Assembly (NCBI GenBank): GCA_964016885.1 | Contig: OZ024746.1 | Location: 87,482,001 to 87,546,000, forward strand | From: Eledone cirrhosa | Taxonomy: Eukaryota | Length of the DNA stretch: 64,000 bases | Reading direction: 5' to 3' | Shown here: in pieces, positions 1 through 12,880 of the stretch | Numbering within the stretch: position 1 is the stretch's first letter | Layout of the letters: every line of letters begins with the position of its first letter | Notes under the pieces: model-generated | The model's input: the letters and a program-made list of their open reading frames with translations, nothing else | What the model was told of the DNA's origin: nothing | Databases searched by the model: none | Program-made: the position numbers and the translations under genes

Positions 1-59
1 CTCTTTCTTTTTCATTTTTAGAGATATAGAGATTTTGTCTGTGCAAAGTCGTACCTATA

Positions 60-332
<273 letters not shown>

Positions 333-365
333 GAGAACAAAAGATGGTTAAAGGAGTTCCATGTA

Positions 366-432
366 TTTTATTATGCGCATTTCAAAAACAAATATCATCA
401 TGCAATAATATTTGTGTTTTCATCAGATAAAA
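366..432 (-). ncRNA. Type I hammerhead ribozyme, canonical core
   Basis: Minus strand: TTTTAT-CTGATGA-long hairpin (ACAAATATTA..TGATATTTGT)-GAAA-TGCGCA-TA-ATAAAA; 6-bp stem I, palindromic stem III, AUA cleavage triplet. Confidence 0.85.
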
Positions 433-808
433 CAGGAGGACATGATATGAAGGCTAAAAAACACTTGTGGATAGTTCAGTTTTAAATCAACATATGAGAA
501 GTAGTTTTAGATTGATGTGTGATATTGGGAAAAATATTTTGTTTAGAGGGGGGGGGGGATGAAAAAAAGAGGAGGAGATGAGAGTGAGGGTGGAGAGGGA
601 GGAGTATAATGAGGAAGGATGAGATAGGAGGAAAGATGGGTGATAGAGAGAGAGAGATAGTTTTTATAACTGAGAAAGATATATTGTTTTATATAGAGAG
701 GTTGAAAACCTTTGGAAGATAATGTATAAATTAAAAGAATTTGAAAATTAACGAAATGAAAAATATGTGCTACAAATATGTACTACAATAAAACTCACCT
801 CCTACATT

Positions 809-889
<81 letters not shown>

Positions 890-907
890 TTATATATATA
901 TATATTA

Positions 908-969
<62 letters not shown>

Positions 970-1197
970 CGGGGTAACAAATTATTCTTATAGGTAGTCC
1001 AGTAGGTGTAGGCCAGCTATGGTACTCCGGGTAATGGATGATATCAACGCTTGGCTAAGTTTGACTCAACAAAGCGTTTCCATAATGATTCTGCGAGTAC
1101 GGTGTAATTCCTATATTGTAAACACTTGGAGTAATAATACATCAGGAAAGAAGAGTGACACGGTTTGCTATACAAAAAAAGTTTTTTTTAATCTAAT

Positions 1198-1304
1198 TGC
1201 TGACAATTGTTTCTCTGAACTGGTAGGTCTAGAGATTGCTACCCGCTTATTTTACGTTACTCGATCACCGATACAAAGTTATAACCAGTCAATTCATCGG
1301 AGCT
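1198..1304 (-). ncRNA. Type I hammerhead-like motif, C4 variant, extended stem II
   Basis: Minus: GCT-CCGATGA-..TGACTGGT..(~60 nt)..ACCAGTTCA..-GAAA-CAATTG-TC-AGC; same core and stem III as 48947-48993. Confidence 0.6.
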
Positions 1305-1315
1305 TGCATCGGAGC

Positions 1316-1350
<35 letters not shown>

Positions 1351-1396
1351 ATATATATTATATATATTATATATATATATATATTATATATATATA

Positions 1397-1551
1397 TAGT
1401 AATAATAACAAATTTGAAGACTAACATGCAAAGAGGGCTCAAAATGATATATATATATCAAATATATAAGAACTGGAGAGCAAATATTTATTAAAATAAC
1501 ACCCTTCAGTGTGAAAGCAGCGATTATTTGCTTAAACTTTAATCTGTTATT

Positions 1552-1558
<7 letters not shown>
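1397..1558. mobile_element. Family A Penelope-derived fold-back mini-element (internally deleted)
   Basis: Same tail (TAGTAATAATAA..TTTGAAGACTAA..GAGGGCTC) and GAAAGCAGCGATT..GCTTAAAC arm as 28134, 51720 and 58195; flanked by (TA)n. Confidence 0.7.
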
Positions 1559-1586
<28 letters not shown>

Positions 1587-1591
<5 letters not shown>

Positions 1592-1727
1592 AAAAGGTAT
1601 GACCCCGACGGTTTGAGCTCTGCCGTCGGTGTCATACCATTTCCTATTACCGACTCTCCTACCCTAAGTATTGAGTACTCTGGTGCATTATGGTCCATTT
1701 GTTTCCTAGCCACAACTCCTTCGTTAT
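1587..1727 (+). mobile_element. Family B fold-back mini-element (hairpin 1587-1647 plus ~80-nt tail)
   Basis: ATAGGAAAAGGTATGACCCCGACGG..CCGTCGGTGTCATACCATTTCCTAT inverted repeat; tail shared with 12835, 25107 and 49111. Confidence 0.8.
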
Positions 1728-1895
1728 ATATATATATATATATATATATGCATATATATGTATATATGCATATATATGTATATATGCGCATAGATATTTG
1801 TATATAGATTGATACTTTCATCTGTACATGCATTCTTATTCGTATATACATACATACATATATATAAATATATATGTATGCATGTATACATACAT

Positions 1896-1940
<45 letters not shown>

Positions 1941-2520
1941 TAAAGCAACGGAGTATCCCTGTAATTTAATGACCAAAGGTAACAGTTCCTGGGCAATTCA
2001 AAATACAATATAGAAAGGAGAACACACTGGAAAGTGTTTTCATGTGTAGTGGGTATAAGACCACCAGTGGGAAGAATATAAACTATAAAAGCTTTGCGAA
2101 ATTCATTGTAATTAAAAGGACACATGTGAATGAAATAACCAACTATATAACAACATCACTTATATACAGACTCATTATGAGAATGTTTCACCATAAATTA
2201 GTGAGAGAAACAATTTAGCCTTATGGATAGTCAGCATATGTTAAGCCGATACGGCCCTCACAACTAAGCAGACCTAAACTAATTGAATTGTGGCACGTGT
2301 AAATAGAAAGAGATGGCGTCTATGAGGCAGTGACTAGTGGTATGAATAGAAAAATAAGCCGCTAAAAATGTCAGCTTATAACCATTGAATGTGTAGAGCT
2401 CAACAAACGGGACCTCTTGGAGCCATATATCGAGTAAAGGAACGGTGTAAAGGACACACGTATATCCATTGTAATTTAATGATCTCAAAGAAAATAATTA
2501 TTTATGCCTCAATTTATAAA

Positions 2521-2680
<160 letters not shown>

Positions 2681-2682
2681 TG

Positions 2683-2733
2683 AGATTCTACAGGACTAGA
2701 ACTGATTCATTCTTTAGAAATCATCAGGAATCT
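2683..2733 (-). ncRNA. Type I hammerhead (family C, GAAA changed to GAAT)
   Basis: Minus: AGATTC-CTGATGA-TTTCTAAAGAAT-GAAT-CAG..CTG-TA-GAATCT. Confidence 0.65.
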
Positions 2734-3026
2734 GGCTGTCCAAAATAAATGTTGGGGTATTTAAATCCATCAACTATGACTGACCCCAACCATGTTATAG
2801 ACACCTGAAATATAGACATTGTTAGCTTAAGAAAAACTTAAAAATAAGGAGTGGCTCCCCAATTTGAACTTGGTTATAGAATTATTTCTGCCTTTGTCAC
2901 TCTAAATATAAATTGTAGCTTTAAATAATTAGCTTTTAATGAATTCCCTTTTCCACCCATCCCACTCCCCATCCTCTCCTACCACCTGAAAAGATATAAA
3001 TACAACAACATTAATTTTGGACAGCA

Positions 3027-3077
3027 AGATTCCTGATGAGTTCTAAAGAATGAAACAGTTCTTGTCCTGTATAATCT
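3027..3077 (+). ncRNA. Type I hammerhead (family C)
   Basis: AGATTC-CTGATGA-GTTCtaaaGAAT-GAAA-CAGttcttgtcCTG-TA-TAATCT. Confidence 0.8.
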
Positions 3078-3466
3078 CATCTATATTAAAACTATTATAC
3101 TCTGTTATGTATTGAGTACCTTACTTACTGTGGTTACCTGCGATTCAACACGGAATAACTCACCTATATATATATATATATATATGTATGTATATATCCA
3201 TATACACACACACACACACACACACATAGACTTACACCCCACCTCATTTACGCACTGGTTTTCCTAATACACAAGCATGGAACTCTGTCTCCCCCCAACT
3301 CTCACATTCGAAATGTATTTTACTTATTCACGTGACAGTCATCAACCAACCAAATTACTTTTCTAAATGTCTAGCATTTCGAGCCATTTTGTTCCATATA
3401 AAACAGAAGTAACATTCGAACACCAACCAGATGCGAGAAAAATCACAAACGCTCCATATCAATCTA

Positions 3467-3502
3467 CTTTTGAAAAGCACAAGAACTGCGAAACCGGTAA
3501 AG
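3467..3502 (+). ncRNA. Minimal type I hammerhead, U3-A8 variant
   Basis: CTT-TTGAAAA-GCAcaagaacTGC-GAAA-CCGG-TA-AAG; related copy with stem II deletion at ~33143-33175 minus. Confidence 0.65.
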
Positions 3503-3622
3503 GAACCAAATAAATATTTTTTAAAAAGTTTCCAGTTGCATTTTCGATTTCATCTTGTTTTCTTATACTTTCACTCGTGGAGGACATCTCGTTTTTTTTC
3601 ATTTTGTAAACAAAACTCATTA

Positions 3623-3699
<77 letters not shown>

Positions 3700-3703
<4 letters not shown>

Positions 3704-4037
3704 CTGAGAAAGCTAAAGCGATACTCCGGCCAAATCCCTACTCACTCAACAAACATTAGGAAATAAGTGCTAGAACTCAATTGGAATTTGAAAAAATATC
3801 CATATGTGTACAACGTTTGATGACACAGATAGATATTTTCTCATGCAAAATAACAGAATGAGACGCAAGAAACAATCAATATTCATATATAAAAATAAAC
3901 AAAGAGAGCCAAACCTTATATCGCGAAGTTCATATATGTTGCACCAAGAGTAAATATATAAATACATTATCGGAGAAAGCTAAAGCGATACTCCAGCCAG
4001 ATCCCAACTCACTCAACATACATTAGGAAATAAGTGA
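3700..4037. repeat. ~70-bp direct repeat pair (3700-3769 and ~3967-4036), period ~267
   Basis: ATTATC.GAGAAAGCTAAAGCGATACTCC..CATTAGGAAATAAGTG occurs twice, between TA tracts. Confidence 0.85.
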
Positions 4038-4084
4038 GTATATTCCTAATTAAACGTTCGGGGTTTATATATATATATACAGAC

Positions 4085-4309
4085 AACGTGAGCACCCCAA
4101 ATATGACAATATCAGTTTCACCACACGATTTCAATGATATTTATTTATAGATTACCGAGTTGTGTCGGGGTAACAACAGTTGAAAATAGGTTCGTGACAC
4201 AACTCGATAATTGACTTATAAATATAACAGAAATAATGTGATAAGAAATAATGTGATAAGATAATGTGAACGGAAAAACCGATATTATCATATTTGGGAT
4301 GATCACGTT
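4085..4309. mobile_element. MITE-like fold-back
   Basis: AACGTGAGCACCCCAAATATGACAATATCAGTTT / AAACCGATATTATCATATTTGGGATGATCACGTT imperfect inverted arms; inner CGAGTTGTGTC/GACACAACTCG. Confidence 0.6.
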
Positions 4310-5075
4310 ACTCTTATTTCACATAAACTGATACACACTCAGCCAATGATTTTCACCTTTTCACTTTATCTTTATTACCAGGTATCCGTTACTTCCTCAA
4401 TGCTATTTCGTCAAACAAACCGTGACCACCTGAACAACTATTTGTTCTCAACTGAAATATCTCTTCTTTTTGGTCTTAATATTTTAGACCGTCCTGTCTT
4501 TTGTTATGTTGTTTATATTTCGTGATTCCTAACTACGCATGTGTTTGCGTCTACGCATTCGTAGGTGTGGGTGTGTCTGTGTGGTTGTCATGTATCTGTG
4601 CGTTTAATGTCCGAGCGTGGTTTTGTATCTTTCATTGTTTTGGTCGTTTTTATTTTACTCTTCTGGCTTCAGTTGCTATTTTGTGCTGTTATTATTCCAA
4701 TCGTGTTTCATGTTCTGGCTAGTCCTGTATTCTATTATGTGTGTGGCGTCTGTAACGTTTATTGCGTCAATACTATGTGTGGATAGGATAATTTTATATG
4801 TTATCTAGTGAGCTCTTTGTTCCACTCTGGAGTCATGGTATAGCATGGAAGAACTTTTCTTCTCCTTATGTTCGCGCCAGTTTTCTTTAACTCTCTACTA
4901 TGCTACATGCAGTTTCTCTTATGTACATTGTTGTCTTGTTTCTGCATCGTCCCTCTGGACATATTATTCTATTGACTACATATATAAATAGGGTGGGTGG
5001 GCATGTATGCATGCGTCATGGTATGTAGGAATATATGTATCAAAATGCAAATTGCCAATATGTACCTCCTTTTAT

Positions 5076-6460
5076 AGTTTAGCAGTGGGTTTTCCTTACA
5101 GACGATACGGTGTCTACCCGTAATTGATAGGATCATTCCTAAAGAGGTATGATCCGGGATATATCGGAACTGGCAGGTCAACTTTGATCTACAGGATAAA
5201 TTGAGAAGCATTGAGGTATAAATAATTCGGACTACTTATACTGATACTGTTATACCCGAAATCAGATTTCTCCATGTACACACTGAAGTTGTTTAAACGG
5301 GTTGGATACTGTTCAGGTCAGCAATTTCAGCTTCATCTCTTAAATAATGCAAGTGAAGCGGCCTTATGATGTTCCGCCTAACAGGAGAATCTCTGGTTCA
5401 ATCAAGTCAAGGAGTGAAAAATGCCATCTGAGTAGAGGAAGAATCTTGGCTTGAAATTACGTTCTCTATTGTTGATCTGGTGGTAAATCGCAGTAGAGAC
5501 ATACAGGCTTCCATATGGGAGTACTTTGGGCTTAAGCTGGAAGCCGACTTCACGTTCAGCAAATGAGGTTTCCTGGCAGATAATTCGCCGATTTCCTAAT
5601 AATAACGTCATCCTCACCGTCTTCTATCAAGAAAGTTTCTCTGGCTCTCCTCTTTCCAGAGATTTGCTTCATAATCGGGAACCCGGTCCCAAAAGGATCT
5701 CGTGATGTACATGGTATGCGTCTTGGAACGATGACTAACCTCTCGAAAGAGTATTATAAAGCTCAAATGTGGCAAAGCTGCAGGAGAAAATAAAATGTGT
5801 CTCGAGATGTTAAATACCTTAGATTAATTTAATCTCTGGCTGAACCATGCGTTGTTTGAGACCTGCATGTCTGGAAGGCAACATAAGCAATGCAAATTAG
5901 GAGTGATATTCCAAATGTTCAAGGTAAAGACGACAAAATAGATTACTTAAAGAGGGATCTCCTTGATCAGCCTCGCCGGTAGTATTTGACAGAGAGATTT
6001 AAGTATATTGTCATGGCTAACTAGCTGACAAACTGTGTGCAGCACAGCTTATCAAATATTCAGACAGAGATAATGGCGCTTGGATAATGGCGCTCGGAAA
6101 AATAGCGCTTGGTCGTAACAATTCAATTTGAGTGTTGCATACCAGGAACGGTGCTCATTGTTATCCCTCTTGTCCATATTCTTCATGGCCATAATTGACA
6201 TACGCATCCAGACTTGATGAGCTATCATATCTGCATGGTGTAGATATAGTGGACTGGGATATGCGGACGCCATAACAATAATTCGTCAGAAGGTAACCAT
6301 CGACATGCACCTCGAGCAAGATATTTGGAGAACACCCATTGTCTGGCGTTACTTGGGGATCCAGCCAGATCAGTTAGAGACGCTGGCTTGTGACAGGACC
6401 AGCTGAGAGGAGTGTTTCAGGACTCTTCCGGCACGACGCTTTCGGGAGTAAGTGAGTGAT
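5076..6460 (+). mobile_element. Degenerate, internally deleted RTE-clade (Rex3/Expander-like) LINE
   Basis: Manual translation gives LEADF..SANEVSWQIIRRF, IIKLKCGKAAGENKMCLEML, GVIFQMFK..RGISLISLAG and QLETLACDRTS, matching RTE RT and C-terminal motifs; frameshifted. Confidence 0.75.
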
Positions 6461-7349
6461 GAAGATTTTCATTTAAGTTAAAACGTGACCCTCCAAATCA
6501 TAATAAGACACACACTTCGCATACACAGATTCATATATATACATATAAATAGGTGGTTGGGGGGCATGTATGCATGCGTCATGGTATGTAGGAATATATG
6601 TATCAAAGTACGAATTGGTGTGCAGTTGAATTTCTTGCCAGTATTTCGCTCCTTTTAATACATATTTCTAGTAAATGCCATTTCTTTGTATGCACCTGTA
6701 ATGTCTATGGAATGTGTGGATGTATCGATGCATCACCACAGACTCAGTACTAAAATATGATGTGTATTATTTGCAATAATCCTTAAGGTCATTCTGTTCC
6801 ATTGTCCCAGTGCATTATAATGAAATACGGATTAATGCCATAGAAGTTAATAAATTGAAACTTCCAGTGTAACATTTGTGATACAAGAATTCGTTACTAG
6901 TTTTAATGTTCATGTTATTGTTTAATCTTGGGCTTGCTTTGTAGTTTTATTAGTTTTGTTTGGAATGATAGTATTTGGTGAAAGACGTTCTGTTTAGATA
7001 TTAACATCAGCTTTACGTTTACTTTATTTTCATATTTTATTACTAAAACAGCAGGTACCAAGGTTATGTTTGTCTTCAGCATATATTGGCTCTCTTCATT
7101 AAAATTTATGTTTCGTTGAATGAAATATTGGGAAGTCATTTCACGTGTCTCTTCTGAGATGAAATTTTTATTAAAGCTAATGAGATTTTCTTCTCATTAG
7201 TTTTGTAATTTATCAATATATAGTTTTTGTTCGTGACCTCAACTATTGTAGGAGCTTATTAGATATAATGTATACATAACTATGGTAATAAACATGTCTT
7301 GTTTTGATGTGGTAATTTGTAAATAAATATAGCCAACACTTTTATTTAT

Positions 7350-8283
7350 CGCATAATAGCAGTGGTAGCCGTCGTTGCACGGGATAATGTATTTTGGAAC
7401 GCGGGCCGCCAACAGCCCTAATTGTGGAAAAACTGCATGCTGGGACAATATGTAAAGAAAATAAACCGAATACTATGATGGCTGGATGATCTTTAAGATT
7501 TTCCTCGATGAAGAAGGAACAATGCAGGTTTTCACCTAATGCGGGCTCTAGGGGATCAAGAAAATGAATGTTTATTTATGTGCATAATATGCCTTGAAAT
7601 TTCGGAAAAAGGGGCTAGACTTAACGCCTCAAAAAAGACGTAAAAAGCTAAAATATGAATTTGTTCACCTAATGCGGGTCCCTGGCCATAAAAAGGTAGA
7701 TTTTCTTTGCTCATGGTATGAAGAAGAGATTGCCTAATACATAGTTAACATTTCAAGGAAATCATTCTGACGTAACGACTCCAAAAAACCCCTAAAAACC
7801 TGAAAAAACGCAGTTTTTCAACTAATGCTGGCCCTAGGGGTTAAACAAGTTGAATCTTTTATAGGCATAACACTCACTGAACATAAGTTATACACATGTA
7901 AAGTTTGAAAACGGTCGGTTGAGTACTTCAAGAGTTTTAGGGATTCAAACGCACACACACACACATACATACACATCCATACTCATGGAAGTGACGTAAT
8001 GCTCACAGTCAGACATAGAGACACATATTATAAGGGCGCGACGTTATATGTATGTATCTATATAAAAAGAGAAAGACTAAGAATTATAGAGAGAAATCAC
8101 TAAATCGCCTAATGCGGTCCCTAGGGCATTGGACATTTGAAATTACTGTTGCTCAGAACACTCCCTGAATATTAAGTATTACATGTGAAAAGTTTGAAAA
8201 CAGTCGGTTGGGTGGTTCTCCAGTTTTAGGGATTCAAACTCACACACACACATACAGACATCCACAGTTTTATATATATAGAT
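7350..8283 (+). mobile_element. Helentron/HINE-like non-autonomous element with internal subrepeats
   Basis: 5' TAGC..GCCGTCGTTGCACGGG; repeated CTAATGCGG..CTAGGG units; duplicated AAAGTTTGAAAAC.GTCGGTTG..GGGATTCAAAC(CA)n; ends TTTTATATATATAGAT. Confidence 0.55.
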
Positions 8284-8386
8284 AAATTGCCCGCTAACGT
8301 GTTGATCATTACTTCAAAATGATATGCGTGGTGTTCGACTGCTAATGCTACCAAGTAACATATACACACCAACCGCATTTATTAGA

Positions 8387-8466
8387 TCTTCTTCTTCTTC
8401 TTCTTCTTCTTCTTCTTCTTCTTCTTCTTCTTCTTCTTCTTCTTCTTCTTCTTCTTCTTCTTCTTT
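8387..8466. repeat. (TCT)n microsatellite
   Basis: Trinucleotide run producing the poly-Ser ORF. Confidence 0.95.
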
Positions 8467-8685
8467 CCGGTTTGTTGCTTCAATAACTGGAAGGATGTAT
8501 ATAGATTGTCAAAGCTCCTACGCCACGCACTCTGTGACCTTCTCAATGACTGATTCGTTAGTTTCTGTCACTCTCTTGCTCTGTCTTACACCATCTTGTT
8601 TTTGTCTGTGTGCCACAACACGCACTGAAGTGAATATCAACAGGTGTCTCTACATTCAATTTGTAGCATGACCCAGCCAATATAT

Positions 8686-8739
<54 letters not shown>

Positions 8740-8774
8740 ATACATTGGCAGGGTCATGCTACCAATTGAATATA

Positions 8775-9303
8775 GAATTTTTTAAAATTTATTTTGAAAC
8801 TTTTTCTTATTTGCTAAACCTTGATTATATATGTTCTGGCGCGTTAATTTATTAACCTGCCATTGAACCACATTGGCATATGGTTGGACAATACATGTGT
8901 TCCTATACCCTTTTTGCGTGTAGGGATATATACTTTATTAAGCTCCTCGTGGTCGAGAAAAAATTTGGTCATTTTGACTGCTGCTAGTTATAGTGGTAGT
9001 AGACTGACCTCCCTGCCTTTGCTTCTATCTTTACACACGGCACTGGACGGAATTGCTTCCACATCATATATTCTCATCTCGGGAACAATTTTGAATAGCG
9101 CCAGTTCGTAATTTGAACTCGGGAATTTTATATTCTTCGAGTGAAAAGATCCTTCTGACTAGAGTTTACCTTTGCAAAGGTAGGCCGCAAGGACTGTCCA
9201 TTTATTTTTGAGACTCGAAACCGATTCGGTGAAGGTAACCATAGTGAGTACAGCGAATTTTTTAAAATTTATTTTGAAACTTTTTCTTATTTGCTAAACC
9301 TTG

Positions 9304-9310
<7 letters not shown>
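8775..9310 (+). mobile_element. ~480-nt unit with terminal direct repeat and internal degenerate hammerhead
   Basis: GAATTTTTTAAAATTTATTTTGAAACTTTTTCTTATTTGCTAAACCTTGATTATATA at ~8775 and ~9256. Confidence 0.65.
9151..9235 (+). ncRNA. Degenerate type I hammerhead (G8U, H17=G)
   Basis: CCTT-CTGACTA-GAGTTT..AGACTC-GAAA-CCGattCGG-TG-AAGG; all three stems pair, two core positions deviate. Confidence 0.55.
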
Positions 9311-9362
<52 letters not shown>

Positions 9363-11279
9363 ATGTATGCGTGAGTATGTGTCATATACTCTTGTTCCTA
9401 AACTCGATCCAGAAATTGATCGGATTTCCTGTATAATCACATAATGTTGTTGTAATACAATTTCACTAGAGCATTTTCATAACTTTCAGTTAAAAGAATG
9501 TGCCGAGCAAGCATACAGGGAAGAAAATAACATAAACAGTTTCATATGTCTGAGTAATAATATATTTTCCAATACATTCTTAGACAGAATCGTGTTGATG
9601 AAGATGCAGGAAAGTCTTTGCCCGCGGGACGCTAAACATATTTATATATACGTATTTTTCAGCACGAAGTTCTCTATTAAAATATCCATCTATATTAATT
9701 GTTATATATTTATAGCTGAACATGTTTCCAAATGAACTTATATTATTGAGAGAAAAAACATCGACCTCCCAGTATATTTAATATGCTTACAGCCAGCAGT
9801 AATACATCTATCATTCCTTCTATCTATAAATTGAAATAGTTTCTCTGGCAGGAAATGGTAACATTATTTATGGAAGTGCTTATATATATATTGCAAACCA
9901 TTACATTTATAAACACTACTGCATCATTGATAAGTGATACTAAGTTTTAATAGAATTTCAAATATTCAACATATATGTAGCTGAATAAAAATGTTGAGAC
10001 TGGGTAAACATAGGCATTTCTATACAGGAATATTTAAATGGTACTTAACTCTGGACGAATACAAACATACACTTTTTCCGTTGATCATTTAAAACAAAAT
10101 GTTGGTTGACAATGAGAAATTTCTTGTAAATCAATCTAAGAAATATCTATGGCTGTGCAATTTGAACACAGAGATTTGATTTTATCTTATCTAAATTGAA
10201 TTTCCTTTGAGATAGTATCAGCTAGTGCATGAAATAAAGGTTTGTCCGACAGCGAAGAGAAATCGGAGACATAACTGATTGTTTTATCCGAAAAGCAGCC
10301 ATTTATAAGATCTCGGTTATAATATATTCTGAAATGTCACTAGCAGCTCCAAAATAACAGTTATTGCTCAAAGAAATGCCACCAGGGGAACAATACGAAA
10401 CAAATAACAGAAGCTTTCAGTTTCCACTACTGAATCTGATTATATAGTGAGTGAATTTACTCAAGTCTTTTCTTTCAAATTTCAAAAAATTAAAAGAACA
10501 CTTTGGTGACACTAAGCAAATTCCTGGCACCATGTATAACTGGTGTCGCTAAAGTAAAGCCCGAAACAAAAACGAAAACAAAAACGAAAAATAGATGTAA
10601 GGTAATAGATGTCTAAAAGAAAAAAAACAAAAAAACAATGAATAAAAGGGAAAAGAATGGTGGTGAGAATGTTGGATAAAACAGGGTTTTGGGAGTGGCT
10701 ATTATGTTTGTGTTTGTATGTATGGGTATATTTGTATATATATATGATTGCCTGTATGTGAGTGTGTTGCTGTTTTGAATTCCTTTCTGCGATTGAACTT
10801 AAATTGACCCCTGGTGATTAAAGGCCTATTCACACACACACACACACACACACACATACATTTGTTTTAGGTTGTGTACCCATATGATGTAAGATGTATG
10901 CAGTACATTATTTGAAATTTAATTTGACAGGTGGGGAGCGTTGACAAAAAGTTTTGCACCCAAATGTGGTGCTGGCTGAAAAAAGGTTGCAAACACCCTG
11001 CTCTAGATTACACGACTCACAGTTTCGCCTAAATAAATTGAATATTGAAGCCCTACTTCGGTATTGAGTATTCATTTCTTTCAGTCGTCTACTACAAGCG
11101 TATATATATATATATAGCGGCGATGAGCTAATGCCATAGCGGCGATGCAAACGCATGCGCAAAGAAGACAAAATAAAATAAGATAAACAAACAAGCAAAT
11201 AAATAAATAAATATATAGACAGACTGAATAAAAAATGGCGTAGACATACAACACAACAGGAGGAACAATGAATATAACA

Positions 11280-11319
11280 CCACTGACGATGTTGCAGATG
11301 TGCAACGAAAGATTTATGT
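11280..11319 (+). ncRNA. Minimal type I hammerhead (divergent family E relative)
   Basis: CA-CTGACGA-T-GTTGCAgatgTGCAAC-GAAA-GATT-TA-TG; element 11120-11540 ends ATGACCCTCCTCAAGTATAACAATA as in family E. Confidence 0.6.
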
Positions 11320-11582
11320 AAATTATGTAAACTATATATATATATATGTGTTTGTGTCTATATTGTATCTGTATTATTTTTGACCGCCGGTCAGTCAATG
11401 GCAACATTGAGGACCGAGTAAGTTAGATCGCAGATATAATAAAAGACAGCGAGAAGCGAAAACCAACCAAACAGTGAGTGTGTTCTGTTATTAATTCTGG
11501 CAATATTACGCAAATATGACCCTCCTCAAGTATAACAATATATATATATATATATATATATACGCTTGTAGTAGACGGCTGC

Positions 11583-11654
<72 letters not shown>

Positions 11655-12159
11655 ATGTGTGTGTCTATGTGCATGGTGGTGCATGCGTGTTTACTTGTAT
11701 AATTATATATTCATACACTTACCATGTAAATACTACCATTTGTTTCGGGGTCCAGATACGCCACCAATGTATATTGGTACATGCAAATTTAAACTGATCC
11801 TACATATAATTTTCCGCCTATTTGACAGCAGCAAGAAGATCCGATTGAGATCATGTACAGTGTCTCATTCTATTGTTGAAAACCATGAGTTTGGTTTCAC
11901 ATACGAAAATTCAAATGGTGTTGCACTTGATGACGCCGATAGATAATTTGTACCAACACATTGTTTTATGGGACGCCACTACTGTTTTTGCTGAGCTTCA
12001 TTATGTTCCTTCGACCACAGCATTCTGGGCTCTAATTTTCAGATACACAGTAGTACATTTTCAAGGACACCGAAGTTGAATATATTTTTTCAACTGTATA
12101 TTTTGTTCAATCCTGTCAACGTTCTTCCTGAAATCATGGAATATAATATCATGTATATT

Positions 12160-12214
<55 letters not shown>

Positions 12215-12216
<2 letters not shown>

Positions 12217-12655
12217 CGTTTCTGAATTTGTTTAGCAAGATTCTTTATCTGAAATCGTGTGTTGAAACCGATATTGTTATACTTTGGGAGGGTCATGTTG
12301 CCAATAAGAAACACACGCACCAGTTACTTTCACTTCAATTTATTATAATAAATTTATAATAAATTTATAAATTTATACATTTCTGGTTGGTTGGTTGCTT
12401 GGTTCCACAACCAGATAGTTGTTTACATATAGTCATAGTTCTTTCGTCACACACTCTGTGACCTCTTCAGTGACTGGTGATTCCTTTCTTTGTTTCTGTG
12501 ACTATATATAAACAACTATCTGGTTGTGGAACCAACCAACCAACCAGAAATGTATAAATTTATAAATTTATTATAAATTTATTATAATAAATTGAAGTGA
12601 AAGCAACTGGTGCGTGAGTTTCTTATTGGCAACATGACCCTCCCAAAGTATAACA

Positions 12656-12660
<5 letters not shown>
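12215..12660 (-). mobile_element. Family E Penelope-derived fold-back (arms ~12270-12437 and ~12497-12660, tail 12215-12269)
   Basis: ~165-bp near-perfect inverted repeat between TA tracts; same family at 24650-25095, 38150-38870 and a divergent copy near 8500-8775. Confidence 0.85.
12432..12474 (-). ncRNA. Minimal type I hammerhead (family E)
   Basis: Minus: GTCA-CTGAAGA-G-GTCACagagtgtGTGAC-GAAA-GAAC-TA-TGAC. Confidence 0.8.
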
Positions 12661-12687
<27 letters not shown>

Positions 12688-12709
12688 ATATATATACATA
12701 TATACACAT

Positions 12710-12880
12710 ATAGGAAAGGTGAAAGGATCCCGACGGCTGAGCTTAGGCCGTTTCGACAGCTAAATCCAAAGAGTTCAAATCTAGCTGTCGAAACGGCCGT
12801 AGCTCAGCCGTTGGGTCATGTCTCTCTTTCCTATCACCAACTCAAGTTGCCAAAGTATTGAGTAGTCTGGTGCATTGAAC
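12710..12880 (+). mobile_element. Family B fold-back mini-element (hairpin 12710-12834)
   Basis: CGACGGCTGAGCT..GCCGTTTCGACAGCTA..TAGCTGTCGAAACGGCC..AGCTCAGCCG inverted repeat plus shared tail. Confidence 0.75.

Noticed and set aside
7530-8130. CRISPR-like spaced repeats (CTAATGCGG..CTAGGG)
   Set aside because: Degenerate, irregularly spaced, eukaryotic context; internal subrepeats of a Helentron-like element
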